Below are positions 36,125-44,980 of a DNA stretch of 45,517 nucleotides, piece after piece. The notes below the pieces were generated by a model, which saw nothing but the letters and a program-made list of their open reading frames with translations, was not told where the DNA came from and searched no databases. Source of the stretch: an uncultured Ruminococcus sp. (lineage in GTDB: Bacteria; Bacillota; Clostridia; Oscillospirales; Acutalibacteraceae). The translations under genes and the position numbers were made by a program. Position 1 is the stretch's first letter; the number at the start of each line of letters is the position of its first letter. The DNA is taken from assembly GCA_964575985.1 (NCBI GenBank), contig CAZNTP010000001.1, positions 1 through 45,517 of the forward strand. The letters are read 5' to 3'.

Positions 36125-38995
36125 TTACTTATACTCTTCAATCTTACGATTGATTTCAGCATCGGCCACCTGACTCCACTTTGTTATGGCGTCCTTTGCG
36201 TTAACATTATCGTTAAGAACAGACCAATACGCCTGATCTATCGCGCGGCTCAAATAATAACTGCCTGGAAGCTCGGGCACTTCCTTTACCTTACTCCACT
36301 GGTTAAGGATAATTTCCAAATCATTTTTATCCCAGCTTAAGTTTTTAAGTGCCTCTACATTGGCTGTGGTCTGACGTCCAAGCATACCCAAAAGCGACTC
36401 TACATTGTTTGAATATCTGGTCTGGGTATCGGCAGATGTCCACCATTTAAGGAATCGCCATGCCTCTTTTTGATTGGGGGATTTTTTAAGTATTGCGCAT
36501 CCTGTACCTGCACCTGCAACAGAATCGTTACCGCCCACAGTTCCTGGTACGCAAGCCACAGACCAACGTCCCTTGATTTCGGGCGCCGCGCTGTAAAGTG
36601 TCAAATATGTAGAATAGGGCGCAATACCAAGCGGCATAACACCTACACGAAGTCTGTTATAGAAATCTGCCTCCTTTTGATACTCATAATCAGTATAAAG
36701 GGTGGTCCAGAAATCAAATACAGAAATTTCGTCAATACCTGTGAGTTGGGTTGCGTTTAACTCCTCATTATAAATTGAAAGTCCGTTCTGTCCCATAAGT
36801 GTGGGGAAAAGATTAAGGCTTCCTATACCTGCATTTACAGTGGTTGCCGCAGTAATCATTGTATAAGGAATATAAACATTCATATTATTTCGCTGAATAA
36901 TAGCAGATGTATAAAGGAATTCATCCCACGTAGTAGGCACCGTAAGCCCTAAGTTTTCAAGAATATCGCTACGGTAGAACATCATATAGAAGCTCTGGGT
37001 ATCGGGTAAAGCATAAAGCTCGCCGTCATAACAGTACGGAACCTCGGCATCAGGCTGAAAACGCTCTAATATTTCATCAATATCATCAAACTCGGATAAA
37101 TCTGTAAGGGCACCGCGTATTCCCAGGTTTACAGGCTCAGTTCTTGTTAAATGAAGAGCCATATCGGGAAAATTACCCGAAAGCAAACCGTTTATAAGAG
37201 AAGCATTTGTTATCTGCACCTTAACGGGTATTCCTGTTTCGGCAGTAAAAGAATCTCTTATCAAAGTGTCAAGGGCTGTTGCCTGGTCTCTACCCCAGTT
37301 TACCCAAAGCTTAAGACTGGTTTTATTCTCCTCGGCAGTTTTGGATTCAATAATATAATCGTCTACAAAAGAGATAAAAAGTCTTTCTGCTCCATATAGC
37401 AATTTCTTTAAGAAAGAAGCGTCCTTGTTTTCAAACTCTGCACCCACGGGGGCTAACTGAATAGTATCGATATAAAGCGGCATCTTCTTCATATCATAAA
37501 GCCAAGAGCTAAGAGAAGAATAATTTGTATAGTAGTCAGTTACATACTGATGTGCCATATAAGGACTGTCGCACATTATTTTAAGCACGCGGCTCATATT
37601 GTTTAATGCCGCAATATACTGACTGCTTCTTTTACCCGTGAACTTTTCGAGATCCTTTGCCAGAGTGATTAACTGCTCTCTACATTCCTCAAAGGTATCG
37701 TTAAGATTGGGGATTTGCCTGAATAATTCATAGTCAAGATTTGCATCGGGTGTAGCGCCCGTAATCTTAACAATTTCAATATACTTATTTCCAAGCTTAT
37801 CAACTATATCGGATAAACGGTAGAAATATTCTGACATATCACCCATTGTAACCTCAAGGGTAAGTGTGTGCTCGCCCTTATCAAGCCAAATGTAATAAGG
37901 CTCTTCACCGTTTTTCCATTCGAAGAAGCTCCACTTAGCACAGTAAGGGAATCTTATTCCCTTAGCTTCTGTGAAAGGAGTTTTTCCGTCTATTTTAAGC
38001 CAACGCCAGCTCTCTGCATTGATAACATCGCTTTGACGGTATCTGAAACCGAGCTTGTAATAACCTGCTTCCTTAGCAGTGAAATCCCATTGCAAGAACT
38101 GACCTGCCTCCTGCCAAGAGGTGCCGCCTATGTAATTCAGTTTTGTGAGCATTACATCATTGGGTGTCACACCGGCATCCGAATTATCAGATTTAGGGAT
38201 AAGACTTGATGCAGATTTAAGGCTTGCATTCTCTCCCTGAATAACTATGGTTTTTACATCTTTTTCACTGATTTTGTAATCCTTTGAAACCTCTTCATAG
38301 CTCTCTGTTTTTTCGGGTGCAGAAAGCTCTAAGCAAGCTACCGCTACCGCTTGCTCGGGATTATTTATAGAAACAGTATGGGTGCCGGCGCTGAAATAAA
38401 AGGCATACGGCTCTACCGTTACACCCGTTGTGCTTCGGGCCAAAGTTTTTTGGTATTCTTTAACCTCGGCTTGTTCAGGGGTGAGCTCATTACCTAAATT
38501 ATCAACCCTTATTTTATCAGAAGCATTTTCCCACAAACGCGGAAAGCTTAAAAGCTCGGCCTCGCCAAAAGGAGTTACGCCATCTATCTTAAAAGCGAAT
38601 ACATAATCCACACCGCTCTCAACAGCGCTGTATTCAAGCTTAATATTATAATAGGAATCTGTAGGCACGGTAACTGTCCACTCGGCAGCACCCGTTCCCT
38701 TTTGCCATAAAACCGCGGTTTTACCGTTTGCTTCTTTAATTACAGCATCACCCGAAACCACAGCATCAGCGGCATTTAAGCTCATACTGTTTTCCGCAGC
38801 AGAAAACTCATCAAATTTTGATATGTATTCATTATAGTCCGTAGCTGTAACGGCAGTTTGTGATTGTACTATAGGAGTCGATTCTTCTACAGTATCTGCA
38901 CTGACTGTAATACCGTTTAAACATAAATTAGAACTCGCGGCCAATATCACAGTCAAACCAAGTGATACAAATCTTTTTGAAAACCCTCTGTTCAT
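36125..38995 (-). CDS. Secreted fusion protein (~956 aa): two beta-sandwich (CBM-like) domains, helical linker, C-terminal family-1 solute-binding domain
   Basis: The ORF is open to a GTG at 39064, which has no SD. The ATG at 38993-38995 (or the TTG 3 nt upstream) follows AAAGGAG and starts signal peptide MNRGFSKRFVSLGLTVILAASSNLCLNGITVSA. Two similar segments are present (WTVTVPTDSYYNIKLEYS...FKIDGVTPF and WDFTAKEAGYYKLGFRYRQ...LKIDGKTPF). The C-terminal ~400 aa is SBP-like (LKLWVNWGRDQ..., YALPDTQSF, KEAWRFLKWW). Confidence 0.8.
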   Translation of the reverse strand: MNRGFSKRFVSLGLTVILAASSNLCLNGITVSADTVEESTPIVQSQTAVTATDYNEYISKFDEFSAAENSMSLNAADAVVSGDAVIKEANGKTAVLWQKGTGAAEWTVTVPTDSYYNIKLEYSAVESGVDYVFAFKIDGVTPFGEAELLSFPRLWENASDKIRVDNLGNELTPEQAEVKEYQKTLARSTTGVTVEPYAFYFSAGTHTVSINNPEQAVAVACLELSAPEKTESYEEVSKDYKISEKDVKTIVIQGENASLKSASSLIPKSDNSDAGVTPNDVMLTKLNYIGGTSWQEAGQFLQWDFTAKEAGYYKLGFRYRQSDVINAESWRWLKIDGKTPFTEAKGIRFPYCAKWSFFEWKNGEEPYYIWLDKGEHTLTLEVTMGDMSEYFYRLSDIVDKLGNKYIEIVKITGATPDANLDYELFRQIPNLNDTFEECREQLITLAKDLEKFTGKRSSQYIAALNNMSRVLKIMCDSPYMAHQYVTDYYTNYSSLSSWLYDMKKMPLYIDTIQLAPVGAEFENKDASFLKKLLYGAERLFISFVDDYIIESKTAEENKTSLKLWVNWGRDQATALDTLIRDSFTAETGIPVKVQITNASLINGLLSGNFPDMALHLTRTEPVNLGIRGALTDLSEFDDIDEILERFQPDAEVPYCYDGELYALPDTQSFYMMFYRSDILENLGLTVPTTWDEFLYTSAIIQRNNMNVYIPYTMITAATTVNAGIGSLNLFPTLMGQNGLSIYNEELNATQLTGIDEISVFDFWTTLYTDYEYQKEADFYNRLRVGVMPLGIAPYSTYLTLYSAAPEIKGRWSVACVPGTVGGNDSVAGAGTGCAILKKSPNQKEAWRFLKWWTSADTQTRYSNNVESLLGMLGRQTTANVEALKNLSWDKNDLEIILNQWSKVKEVPELPGSYYLSRAIDQAYWSVLNDNVNAKDAITKWSQVADAEINRKIEEYK

Positions 38996-39084
38996 CAAAA
39001 TATCTACTCCTTTTATTTGCCGATAAGGCATCTTTATATAATTTATTTTAAAAACAATTTGCACAATATTCCATTCTTAAAAGT

Positions 39085-39145
39085 ATTGTATCATATACAA
39101 TCCTTACTAACAATGTAAAAAATTAACTATAAAATGTGAAAAATT
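39085..39145 (-). promoter_or_regulatory. Promoter, tandem direct-repeat site and overlapping palindromic operator upstream of the transporter unit
   Basis: Direct repeats ATGTAAAAAATT (39113-39124) and ATGTGAAAAATT (39134-39145) lie 21 bp apart. The minus strand carries -35 TTGTTA (rc of 39108-39113), a 17-nt spacer ending in TGA, and -10 TACAAT (rc of 39085-39090). The perfect palindrome ATTGTAT-cat-ATACAAT (39085-39101) covers the -10 and spacer. Confidence 0.5.
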
Positions 39146-39335
39146 ATTTTTCGTTGTCATTGTTTCACAATAAAACCAATTAAGTGGGCTTAAATATGAC
39201 ATTTTAGGTAATAAATATTGGCAAAAACTGTAGAATTTGGTTTTTCCGCTTGTTTTTTCTATTTTCATCTTGTATAATATGTAATTGATTGTATAATTTA
39301 AGAAAAAAACTCACTGAAATTTCAAGGAGAGCAAA

Positions 39336-41522
39336 ATGATAAAATATATTGCCGAAAACAAAACATTTTACTTAAATACAAAAAATTCCAGTTATGTGAT
39401 AAAGCTGCTCAAAAGTGATATGCTTTGTCACTGGTATTACGGCGCACGTATTGAAGCCGAAAATTTGGATATGCTTAATTTGCTCTGCAAAAGAGAATAT
39501 ACTCAGGGAGAATTTCTTGATGAAATAAATAAACGCAACTACGTTACAAAGGATGCAGCCCCTATAGAATTTCCTATTTCAGGCAACGGCGATTTCAGAA
39601 TTCCTGCATTGCTGACAGAAAATTCCTTTGGACAGCACGGCGCAAATCTTATATATAAATCCCACTGTATAACCAAAGGCAAAAAAGCCCTTGAAAATCT
39701 TCCCTCTTTTGATACCAATACCGAAAATACCGAAACTCTGGAAATTGTTTTAGAGGATACCGTTTCGGGTTATGAGGTTTCAATTTTCTATTCTGTATTC
39801 GAGGAAGAGGATGCTATTGCAAGGCATACAGAAATAAGAAATGTGACCGATAAGAAGTTGAAAATCACATCTGCGCAAAGTCTTTCTATAGATTTTCCCG
39901 CAAAGCAATTTGATTTTATAACCCTTGACGGCGCCTGGGCAAGAGAACGCCACGTAACCCGTCGCGCACTTTCTGCAGGCACAACCTCTATCGAAAGCCA
40001 CAGAGGCGCCACTGGCCATCAGCACAACCCTTTTAGTGCCTTAGTTGAAAAAACCACGACCGAAAACAGCGGTATTGCATATGGCTTCGCGCTTGTATAT
40101 AGCGGTAATTTCAAGTCTGTTGCGGAGGTTGACCAGTTTGGCTCTACACGTTTTCAAATTGGTATTAACCCACACAATTTCTGTTGGAACCTGCTCCCCG
40201 GCGAAACCTTTATAACACCCGAAGCTGTTTGTGTTTTCAGCAACGAGGGTCTTAACGGAATGTCTCACAGCTTCCATAATATGTGCAAAAATCACCTCGG
40301 CAAATCTACATTAAACATAAAAAGACCCATTGTTATAAACAGCTGGGAAGCTATGTATTTTGATATGAATGAAGCCGCCATAGAAAAGTTTATCAATGAC
40401 TGTAAGGGTCTTGGTATAGACACCTTTGTGCTTGATGACGGTTGGTTTGGAAAACGGGACGATGATTATAGCTCGCTTGGAGATTGGTTTGTACATAAAA
40501 CAAAATTCCCTGACGGCTTAGACAAAGTAATTGATACCTGTCAGCAAAACGGTATGAATTTCGGAATTTGGTTTGAGCCCGAAATGATTTCGCCCAAGAG
40601 TGAGCTTTTTGAAAAGCATCCCGATTGGTGTGCTCATGTTGAAAACAAGACTCCAACCGAAAGCCGACATCAATTGGTATTGGATATGTCACGTCCGGAA
40701 GTTGTGGATTACACATACAATCAGGTTGCAGATATACTTAAAAAATATGACATTTCCTATGTTAAGTGGGATATGAACCGCAACATTATTGACGTAGGCT
40801 CTGCCGCGCTTTCTGCGGATAATCAAAAGGAATTCTCACACCGCTACATTTTAGGTGTTTATGATTTAATGCGCAGACTTACCGATGATTTTCCCAATGT
40901 TTTGTTTGAAGGCTGCGCCGGCGGCGGCGGCAGATTTGATTTTGGTATTCTCTACTATATGCCGCAAATCTGGACAAGTGATGATTCCGATGCTATCGAA
41001 CGTCTTAAAATTCAGTACGGCACAAGCTTTGTTTACCCGCCCTCTGCAATGACAGCGCATGTATCGGCCTGCCCCAACCACCAAACAAAAAGAATCACCC
41101 CCTTTAAAACAAGAGGTGATGTGGCTCAGATTTGCAATTTCGGTTATGAGCTTAATGTTTCTAAACTAAGTGATGAAGAAAAGGAGCTTATCAAAGAGCA
41201 GATAGCCCTTCACAGACGTTTAGAGGATATAATTGAAAACGGTACCTTATACCGAATTGACAGTCCGTTTGAAAACGAGTTTTGCAGTTGGCAGCTAGTA
41301 TCCAAGGACAAAAAGCGCGCATTTGCTGTATGCGCCACCCAAAAAATTACCGCCAACAACAACGGTCACTATATTAAACTTAAAGGTCTTGACCCAAAAA
41401 CCGAATACACCGTTAACGGCAGTTTTAATCTTCACGGTAACACGCTTATGAACTTCGGCCTGCCGATAGTCGGCGATTTGACAGATTTTAAAACCTATAC
41501 ATTCGAAATTATTGCCAAGTAA
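39336..41522 (+). CDS. GH36 alpha-galactosidase
   Basis: 728-aa ORF with RBS AAGGAGAG. GH36 signatures: LDDGWFGKRDDDYSSLGDW, YVKWDMNR, FEGCAGGGGRFD, WTSDDSDA. Confidence 0.9.
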   Translation: MIKYIAENKTFYLNTKNSSYVIKLLKSDMLCHWYYGARIEAENLDMLNLLCKREYTQGEFLDEINKRNYVTKDAAPIEFPISGNGDFRIPALLTENSFGQHGANLIYKSHCITKGKKALENLPSFDTNTENTETLEIVLEDTVSGYEVSIFYSVFEEEDAIARHTEIRNVTDKKLKITSAQSLSIDFPAKQFDFITLDGAWARERHVTRRALSAGTTSIESHRGATGHQHNPFSALVEKTTTENSGIAYGFALVYSGNFKSVAEVDQFGSTRFQIGINPHNFCWNLLPGETFITPEAVCVFSNEGLNGMSHSFHNMCKNHLGKSTLNIKRPIVINSWEAMYFDMNEAAIEKFINDCKGLGIDTFVLDDGWFGKRDDDYSSLGDWFVHKTKFPDGLDKVIDTCQQNGMNFGIWFEPEMISPKSELFEKHPDWCAHVENKTPTESRHQLVLDMSRPEVVDYTYNQVADILKKYDISYVKWDMNRNIIDVGSAALSADNQKEFSHRYILGVYDLMRRLTDDFPNVLFEGCAGGGGRFDFGILYYMPQIWTSDDSDAIERLKIQYGTSFVYPPSAMTAHVSACPNHQTKRITPFKTRGDVAQICNFGYELNVSKLSDEEKELIKEQIALHRRLEDIIENGTLYRIDSPFENEFCSWQLVSKDKKRAFAVCATQKITANNNGHYIKLKGLDPKTEYTVNGSFNLHGNTLMNFGLPIVGDLTDFKTYTFEIIAK

Positions 41523-41533
41523 AGAGGAAGATT

Positions 41534-42394
41534 ATGAGATACCGTTTTTTACGCTTTCCGGAAGGCAAGCCTAAAGCCGTAACCCTTAGTTATGATGACG
41601 GTTGCCGTGCTGATATTAAGCTATCTACCCTTTTAAATAAATACGGATTAAAATGTACCTTTAATCTTAATAGCGCGTGGCTCGGCAAGAGTGAGAGCGA
41701 TTGGCACTTAACCAAAACGGAAATTCAAAAATATTTAATTGATACGGGTCACGAAATCGCTGTTCACGGTGCCGAGCATAAAGCAAACGGTAACCTGAGA
41801 GCTATTGAGGGTATTCTTGATGTTGCAAATTGCCGCTTAGGTCTTGAAAAGGATTTTGACTGCATAGTAAGGGGTATGGCATACGCCGATTCAGGTGTAG
41901 GTCACTTTCACAACGGAATAACTATGTCGGATATTGAAACATACCTGAAATCCTTGGATATTGTTTATGCCCGCGCTCTTGGTGCAAATAACGAAACCTT
42001 TGATTTACCTCAGGATTGGTACCGTTGGATGCCCACCGCGCACCACGATTCCAAAAATGTTTTTGAGCTTATCGACAGATTTGTAAACTACAAGCTGACC
42101 GATACCTATCTCGCCCGAAGAATACCAAAGCTTTTCTACCTTTGGGGACATGCTTACGAATTTGATGAGAATAATAATTGGGACCGAATGGAAGAAATTT
42201 GTCAGAAACTCAGCGGGAAGTCAGATATATGGTATGCCACTAATATTGAGATTTATGAATATATAAATGCTTATCATTCTTTGATTTTCAGCGCTGACAG
42301 TTCTAGAATTTACAACCCCACCCTTAAGACTCTGTGGTTCGATATAGACGATACCCTATACACCATTAAACCGGGAGAGACCATTAAAATTTAA
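41534..42394 (+). CDS. Polysaccharide deacetylase (CE4-like) family protein
   Basis: 286-aa ORF. Motifs: TLSYDDG and HEIAVHGAEH. It lies 11 nt after the alpha-galactosidase stop, with AGAGGAAG as RBS. Confidence 0.7.
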   Translation: MRYRFLRFPEGKPKAVTLSYDDGCRADIKLSTLLNKYGLKCTFNLNSAWLGKSESDWHLTKTEIQKYLIDTGHEIAVHGAEHKANGNLRAIEGILDVANCRLGLEKDFDCIVRGMAYADSGVGHFHNGITMSDIETYLKSLDIVYARALGANNETFDLPQDWYRWMPTAHHDSKNVFELIDRFVNYKLTDTYLARRIPKLFYLWGHAYEFDENNNWDRMEEICQKLSGKSDIWYATNIEIYEYINAYHSLIFSADSSRIYNPTLKTLWFDIDDTLYTIKPGETIKI

Positions 42395-42420
42395 TCCAAA
42401 AACAATCCCTTGTATAAATA

Positions 42421-42455
42421 AGACCTCAAAGGAAAAATCCTTCGAGGTCTTTAAA
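42421..42455 (+). terminator. Rho-independent terminator after the deacetylase gene
   Basis: AGACCTCAAAGGA-aaaa-TCCTTCGAGGTCT forms a 13-bp stem with one A-C mismatch, followed by TTTAAATAATT (a weak U-tract). Confidence 0.5.
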
Positions 42456-42569
42456 TAATTATTCTATATCTAGATAAATTTTGTTTTTATCTGTCAGAAA
42501 ATAGTAGAAAAAAGGATTTGAATATGTTATAATTCTGTCTATAATCTTTTAAAAAAGGAAAATTTTGAA

Positions 42570-43979
42570 ATGGAAAAGTTTTTTAAGCTAAAAGAACGCG
42601 GCACTGATGTTAAAACAGAGCTAATTGCAGGTATGACCACCTTTTTTGCAATGGTTTACATTTTAATGGTTAATGCGAATATGTTTGCCGACCCTTTTGG
42701 TGACGGCTCAAATCCCCTCGGTGTCTCCTATGGCGCTATCTATATTGCAACCGCCATTTCTGCGGTTGTGGGCACAATTCTTGCAGGCTTGCTTGCAAAT
42801 CTGCCCCTGGCACAGGCCAGCGGTATGGGGCTTAACGCATTCTTTGTTTACACCGTTTGTATCGGATTTGGTCTTTCTTACGCAAATGCATTAGTGCTTG
42901 TACTAATAGAGGGTACCGTTTTTGTTCTGCTTACCGTAACGGGACTTCGCAAAAAGATTTTCGAAGCTCTGCCCCACGCTGTAAGGGTTGCAATTCCCTC
43001 GGGTATAGGTCTTTTTATTGCTCTTTTAGGCTTTCAGAATGCAGGAATTGTTGTGCCTGACAGTTCAACTGCGGTTGACTTGGGTTCATTCAATCTGCTG
43101 ACTCAAAGCTGGGGTGACATTATGCCGATGATAATCACCCTATTTACACTCCTTGCCATTGTTATTATGAGCCACAAAAAAATTCGCGGCGCTGTGCTTA
43201 TAGGCATTCTGGGCGGTATGGCGCTTTATTACCTCTTGGGTCTTACCGTTAACGGCTTTTATGCCGAGTTTACTCTTAATGTGGTAAGTCCAATCCAAGC
43301 CTTTAAAGAATTCGGCGAACAGTCGCTTTTTAAGGTATTTACCGAGGGCTTTGATTTCTCCGCCTTTAAGCAGGCGCACGGAACGGCTAATCTTATTCTT
43401 ACCATAGCCACAACTGCTCTTGCCTTTTGTATGGTTGATATGTTTGATACGCTTGGCACTCTTTATGCGGCTTGCGAGCGCGCAGATTTGCTTGACGAAA
43501 ACGGCGAGCCGCTCAATATGAACGAGGGTATGCTCTCTGACGCTATTGCAACCACTGCAGGCGCTATTTGCGGCACCTCAACAGTTACTACATTCAGCGA
43601 GGTAAATGCAGGTGTTGCGGCAGGCGGCAAAACAGGACTTACATCGGTTTTCTGCGGAATATTTTTCTTTATTGCAATGTTTTTGAGTCCTATCGCCCAG
43701 CTTGTTCCAAGCTGTACCACTGCGGCGGCACTCATTTATGTAGGCTTTCTGATGCTCGCTTCAATCAAAAATATTGATTGGAATGATTTAAAAATTGCAG
43801 TCCCCGCCTTTCTAACTCTGTCTGTAATGCCCTTTACATATAATATCTCTTACGGTATTGCTTTCGGTTTGATTTCATATATTGTTATAAGCGTTTTCTG
43901 TGGTGACTTTAAGAAAATTAAAGTAAGCTCCTGGGTGATAGCATTCCTATTTATTGCAATGCTACTTTTAACACATTAA
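42570..43979 (+). CDS. NCS2-family purine (adenine/guanine/hypoxanthine) permease, AzgA/PbuG-like
   Basis: 469-aa ORF. The N-terminus MEKFFKLKERGTDVKTELIAGMTTFFAMVYILMVN is characteristic of this subfamily. About 13 TM segments. Confidence 0.85.
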   Translation: MEKFFKLKERGTDVKTELIAGMTTFFAMVYILMVNANMFADPFGDGSNPLGVSYGAIYIATAISAVVGTILAGLLANLPLAQASGMGLNAFFVYTVCIGFGLSYANALVLVLIEGTVFVLLTVTGLRKKIFEALPHAVRVAIPSGIGLFIALLGFQNAGIVVPDSSTAVDLGSFNLLTQSWGDIMPMIITLFTLLAIVIMSHKKIRGAVLIGILGGMALYYLLGLTVNGFYAEFTLNVVSPIQAFKEFGEQSLFKVFTEGFDFSAFKQAHGTANLILTIATTALAFCMVDMFDTLGTLYAACERADLLDENGEPLNMNEGMLSDAIATTAGAICGTSTVTTFSEVNAGVAAGGKTGLTSVFCGIFFFIAMFLSPIAQLVPSCTTAAALIYVGFLMLASIKNIDWNDLKIAVPAFLTLSVMPFTYNISYGIAFGLISYIVISVFCGDFKKIKVSSWVIAFLFIAMLLLTH

Positions 43980-44005
43980 AATATTAACTTAATACGAAAT
44001 TTTAA

Positions 44006-44034
44006 GGCGGCAAGGATTTTCCTTGCCGCCTTTT
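44006..44034. terminator. Bidirectional rho-independent terminator between the convergent permease and XRE genes
   Basis: GGCGGCAAGG-atttt-CCTTGCCGCC is a perfect 10-bp GC-rich stem (44006-44015 / 44021-44030). It is followed by TTTT on the plus strand and preceded by an A/T run that would serve the minus strand. Confidence 0.75.
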
Positions 44035-44067
44035 GCATTCGCCCACGCCCCATAGGGCGTTAGTATA

Positions 44068-44388
44068 TTATTTTTTTATTTCCTTTACAAGTGAAATCAG
44101 GTTTTCTAACTGCTTGCTGTCTAAGCCCTTGAGTAGCTTTAACAGCTCTTTTTCCATTGTGGGATTTTGCGAATCGGTATCGAAAAATTCAGAGGGTGTA
44201 ATACCGAAATATTCGCATATATAGAAAAATACTTCCATAGACGGATAATTAACACAATTTTCAACATTATTAATATAGCCATCGCTTAATCCAATTGACA
44301 AACTCATATCTCGTGCAGATACGCCTTTATTTATTCTCAACTTAGCAACTCGCTCTGCAAATTCTTTCTTTTCCATACCGTTCACCAC
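44068..44388 (-). CDS. XRE-family helix-turn-helix transcriptional regulator
   Basis: 106-aa ORF. HTH_3-type pattern FAERVAKLRINKGVSARDMSLSIGLSDGYINNVENCVNYPSMEVFFYICEYFGITPSEFF. RBS AGGTGG. Confidence 0.85.
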   Translation of the reverse strand: MVNGMEKKEFAERVAKLRINKGVSARDMSLSIGLSDGYINNVENCVNYPSMEVFFYICEYFGITPSEFFDTDSQNPTMEKELLKLLKGLDSKQLENLISLVKEIKK

Positions 44389-44393
44389 CTGTA

Positions 44394-44477
44394 TCTAATT
44401 GTACTATATATTATGTACACTTATAGTCAATTAGACTGCCAAAAACATTTGACTTATCTAATTTAATTAGATATAAT
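44394..44477. promoter_or_regulatory. Divergent promoter/operator region of the XRE - SLOG-like pair
   Basis: Plus strand: TTGACT (44449-44454), 17 nt, TATAAT (44472-44477). The perfect palindrome ATCTAATT-t-AATTAGAT (44456-44472) fills the spacer. Related half-sites TCTAATTG (44394-44401) and CAATTAGA (44428-44435) form a second inverted pair. That pair overlaps the minus-strand promoter TTGACT - 16 nt - TATAGT of the XRE gene. Confidence 0.6.
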
Positions 44478-44515
44478 GTTGTTGTTATCTATTTTATTTA
44501 TCGACAGGTGATAAT

Positions 44516-44947
44516 ATGGTTTGTACTTTTTTCGGTCACAGAGATACACCGCACGATGTAGAAGAACGGCTTAAAGCAGTTTTAACAGCGCTGATTACTA
44601 CAAAGGGTGTTGATACATTTTACATAGGGCATCAAGGGAATTTTGATTTTATAGCGAGAAAGGTTGTTTTAAAGCTTAAAGAGGAATTTCCGCATATTAA
44701 TTACTCAATTATTTTAGCCTACATACCAACCGACAGGGAAAATTTCTTTACAAAAGATTATGAGCACACAATATACCCCGAAGAACTGGAAAAAACACCG
44801 CAAAGGTGTGCAATATCCAAAAGAAACCGTTGGCTTATTGAACATTCTGACATAGTAGTCACTTATGTCAGGCATACCTTTGGTAGCTCATCGCAGTTTA
44901 AAGAACTAGCCGAAAAGCGCGGGCGAACAGTACTAAATATTGTTTAA
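44516..44947 (+). CDS. SLOG-superfamily / DUF1273 (YpsA-like) protein
   Basis: 143-aa ORF. The N-terminal C-x-F-x-GHR motif (MVCTFFGHRD) is followed by G-x-Q-G-x-F-D (IGHQGNFDFIARKVVLKLKEEFP) and ...IILAYIP. This is my recollection of the DUF1273 pattern and is not HMM-verified. Confidence 0.55.
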   Translation: MVCTFFGHRDTPHDVEERLKAVLTALITTKGVDTFYIGHQGNFDFIARKVVLKLKEEFPHINYSIILAYIPTDRENFFTKDYEHTIYPEELEKTPQRCAISKRNRWLIEHSDIVVTYVRHTFGSSSQFKELAEKRGRTVLNIV

Positions 44948-44980
44948 ATGGGCTATCGAGCACACCACACTAGTTAAAAG

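Noticed and set aside
38996-39064. GTG start at 39064 for the binding-protein fusion
   Set aside because: It has no SD and lies at or beyond the predicted TSS. The ATG at 38995 (or the adjacent TTG) follows AAAGGAG and starts the signal peptide.
42395-42569. Purine riboswitch upstream of the NCS2 purine permease
   Set aside because: I looked for the conserved purine-riboswitch cores (UAUAAU...GGAUAUGG...GUUUCUACC...CCGUAAAU...GACUAUG) and found none. The region holds only a terminator hairpin, an ATCTAGAT palindrome and a TATAAT-like box.
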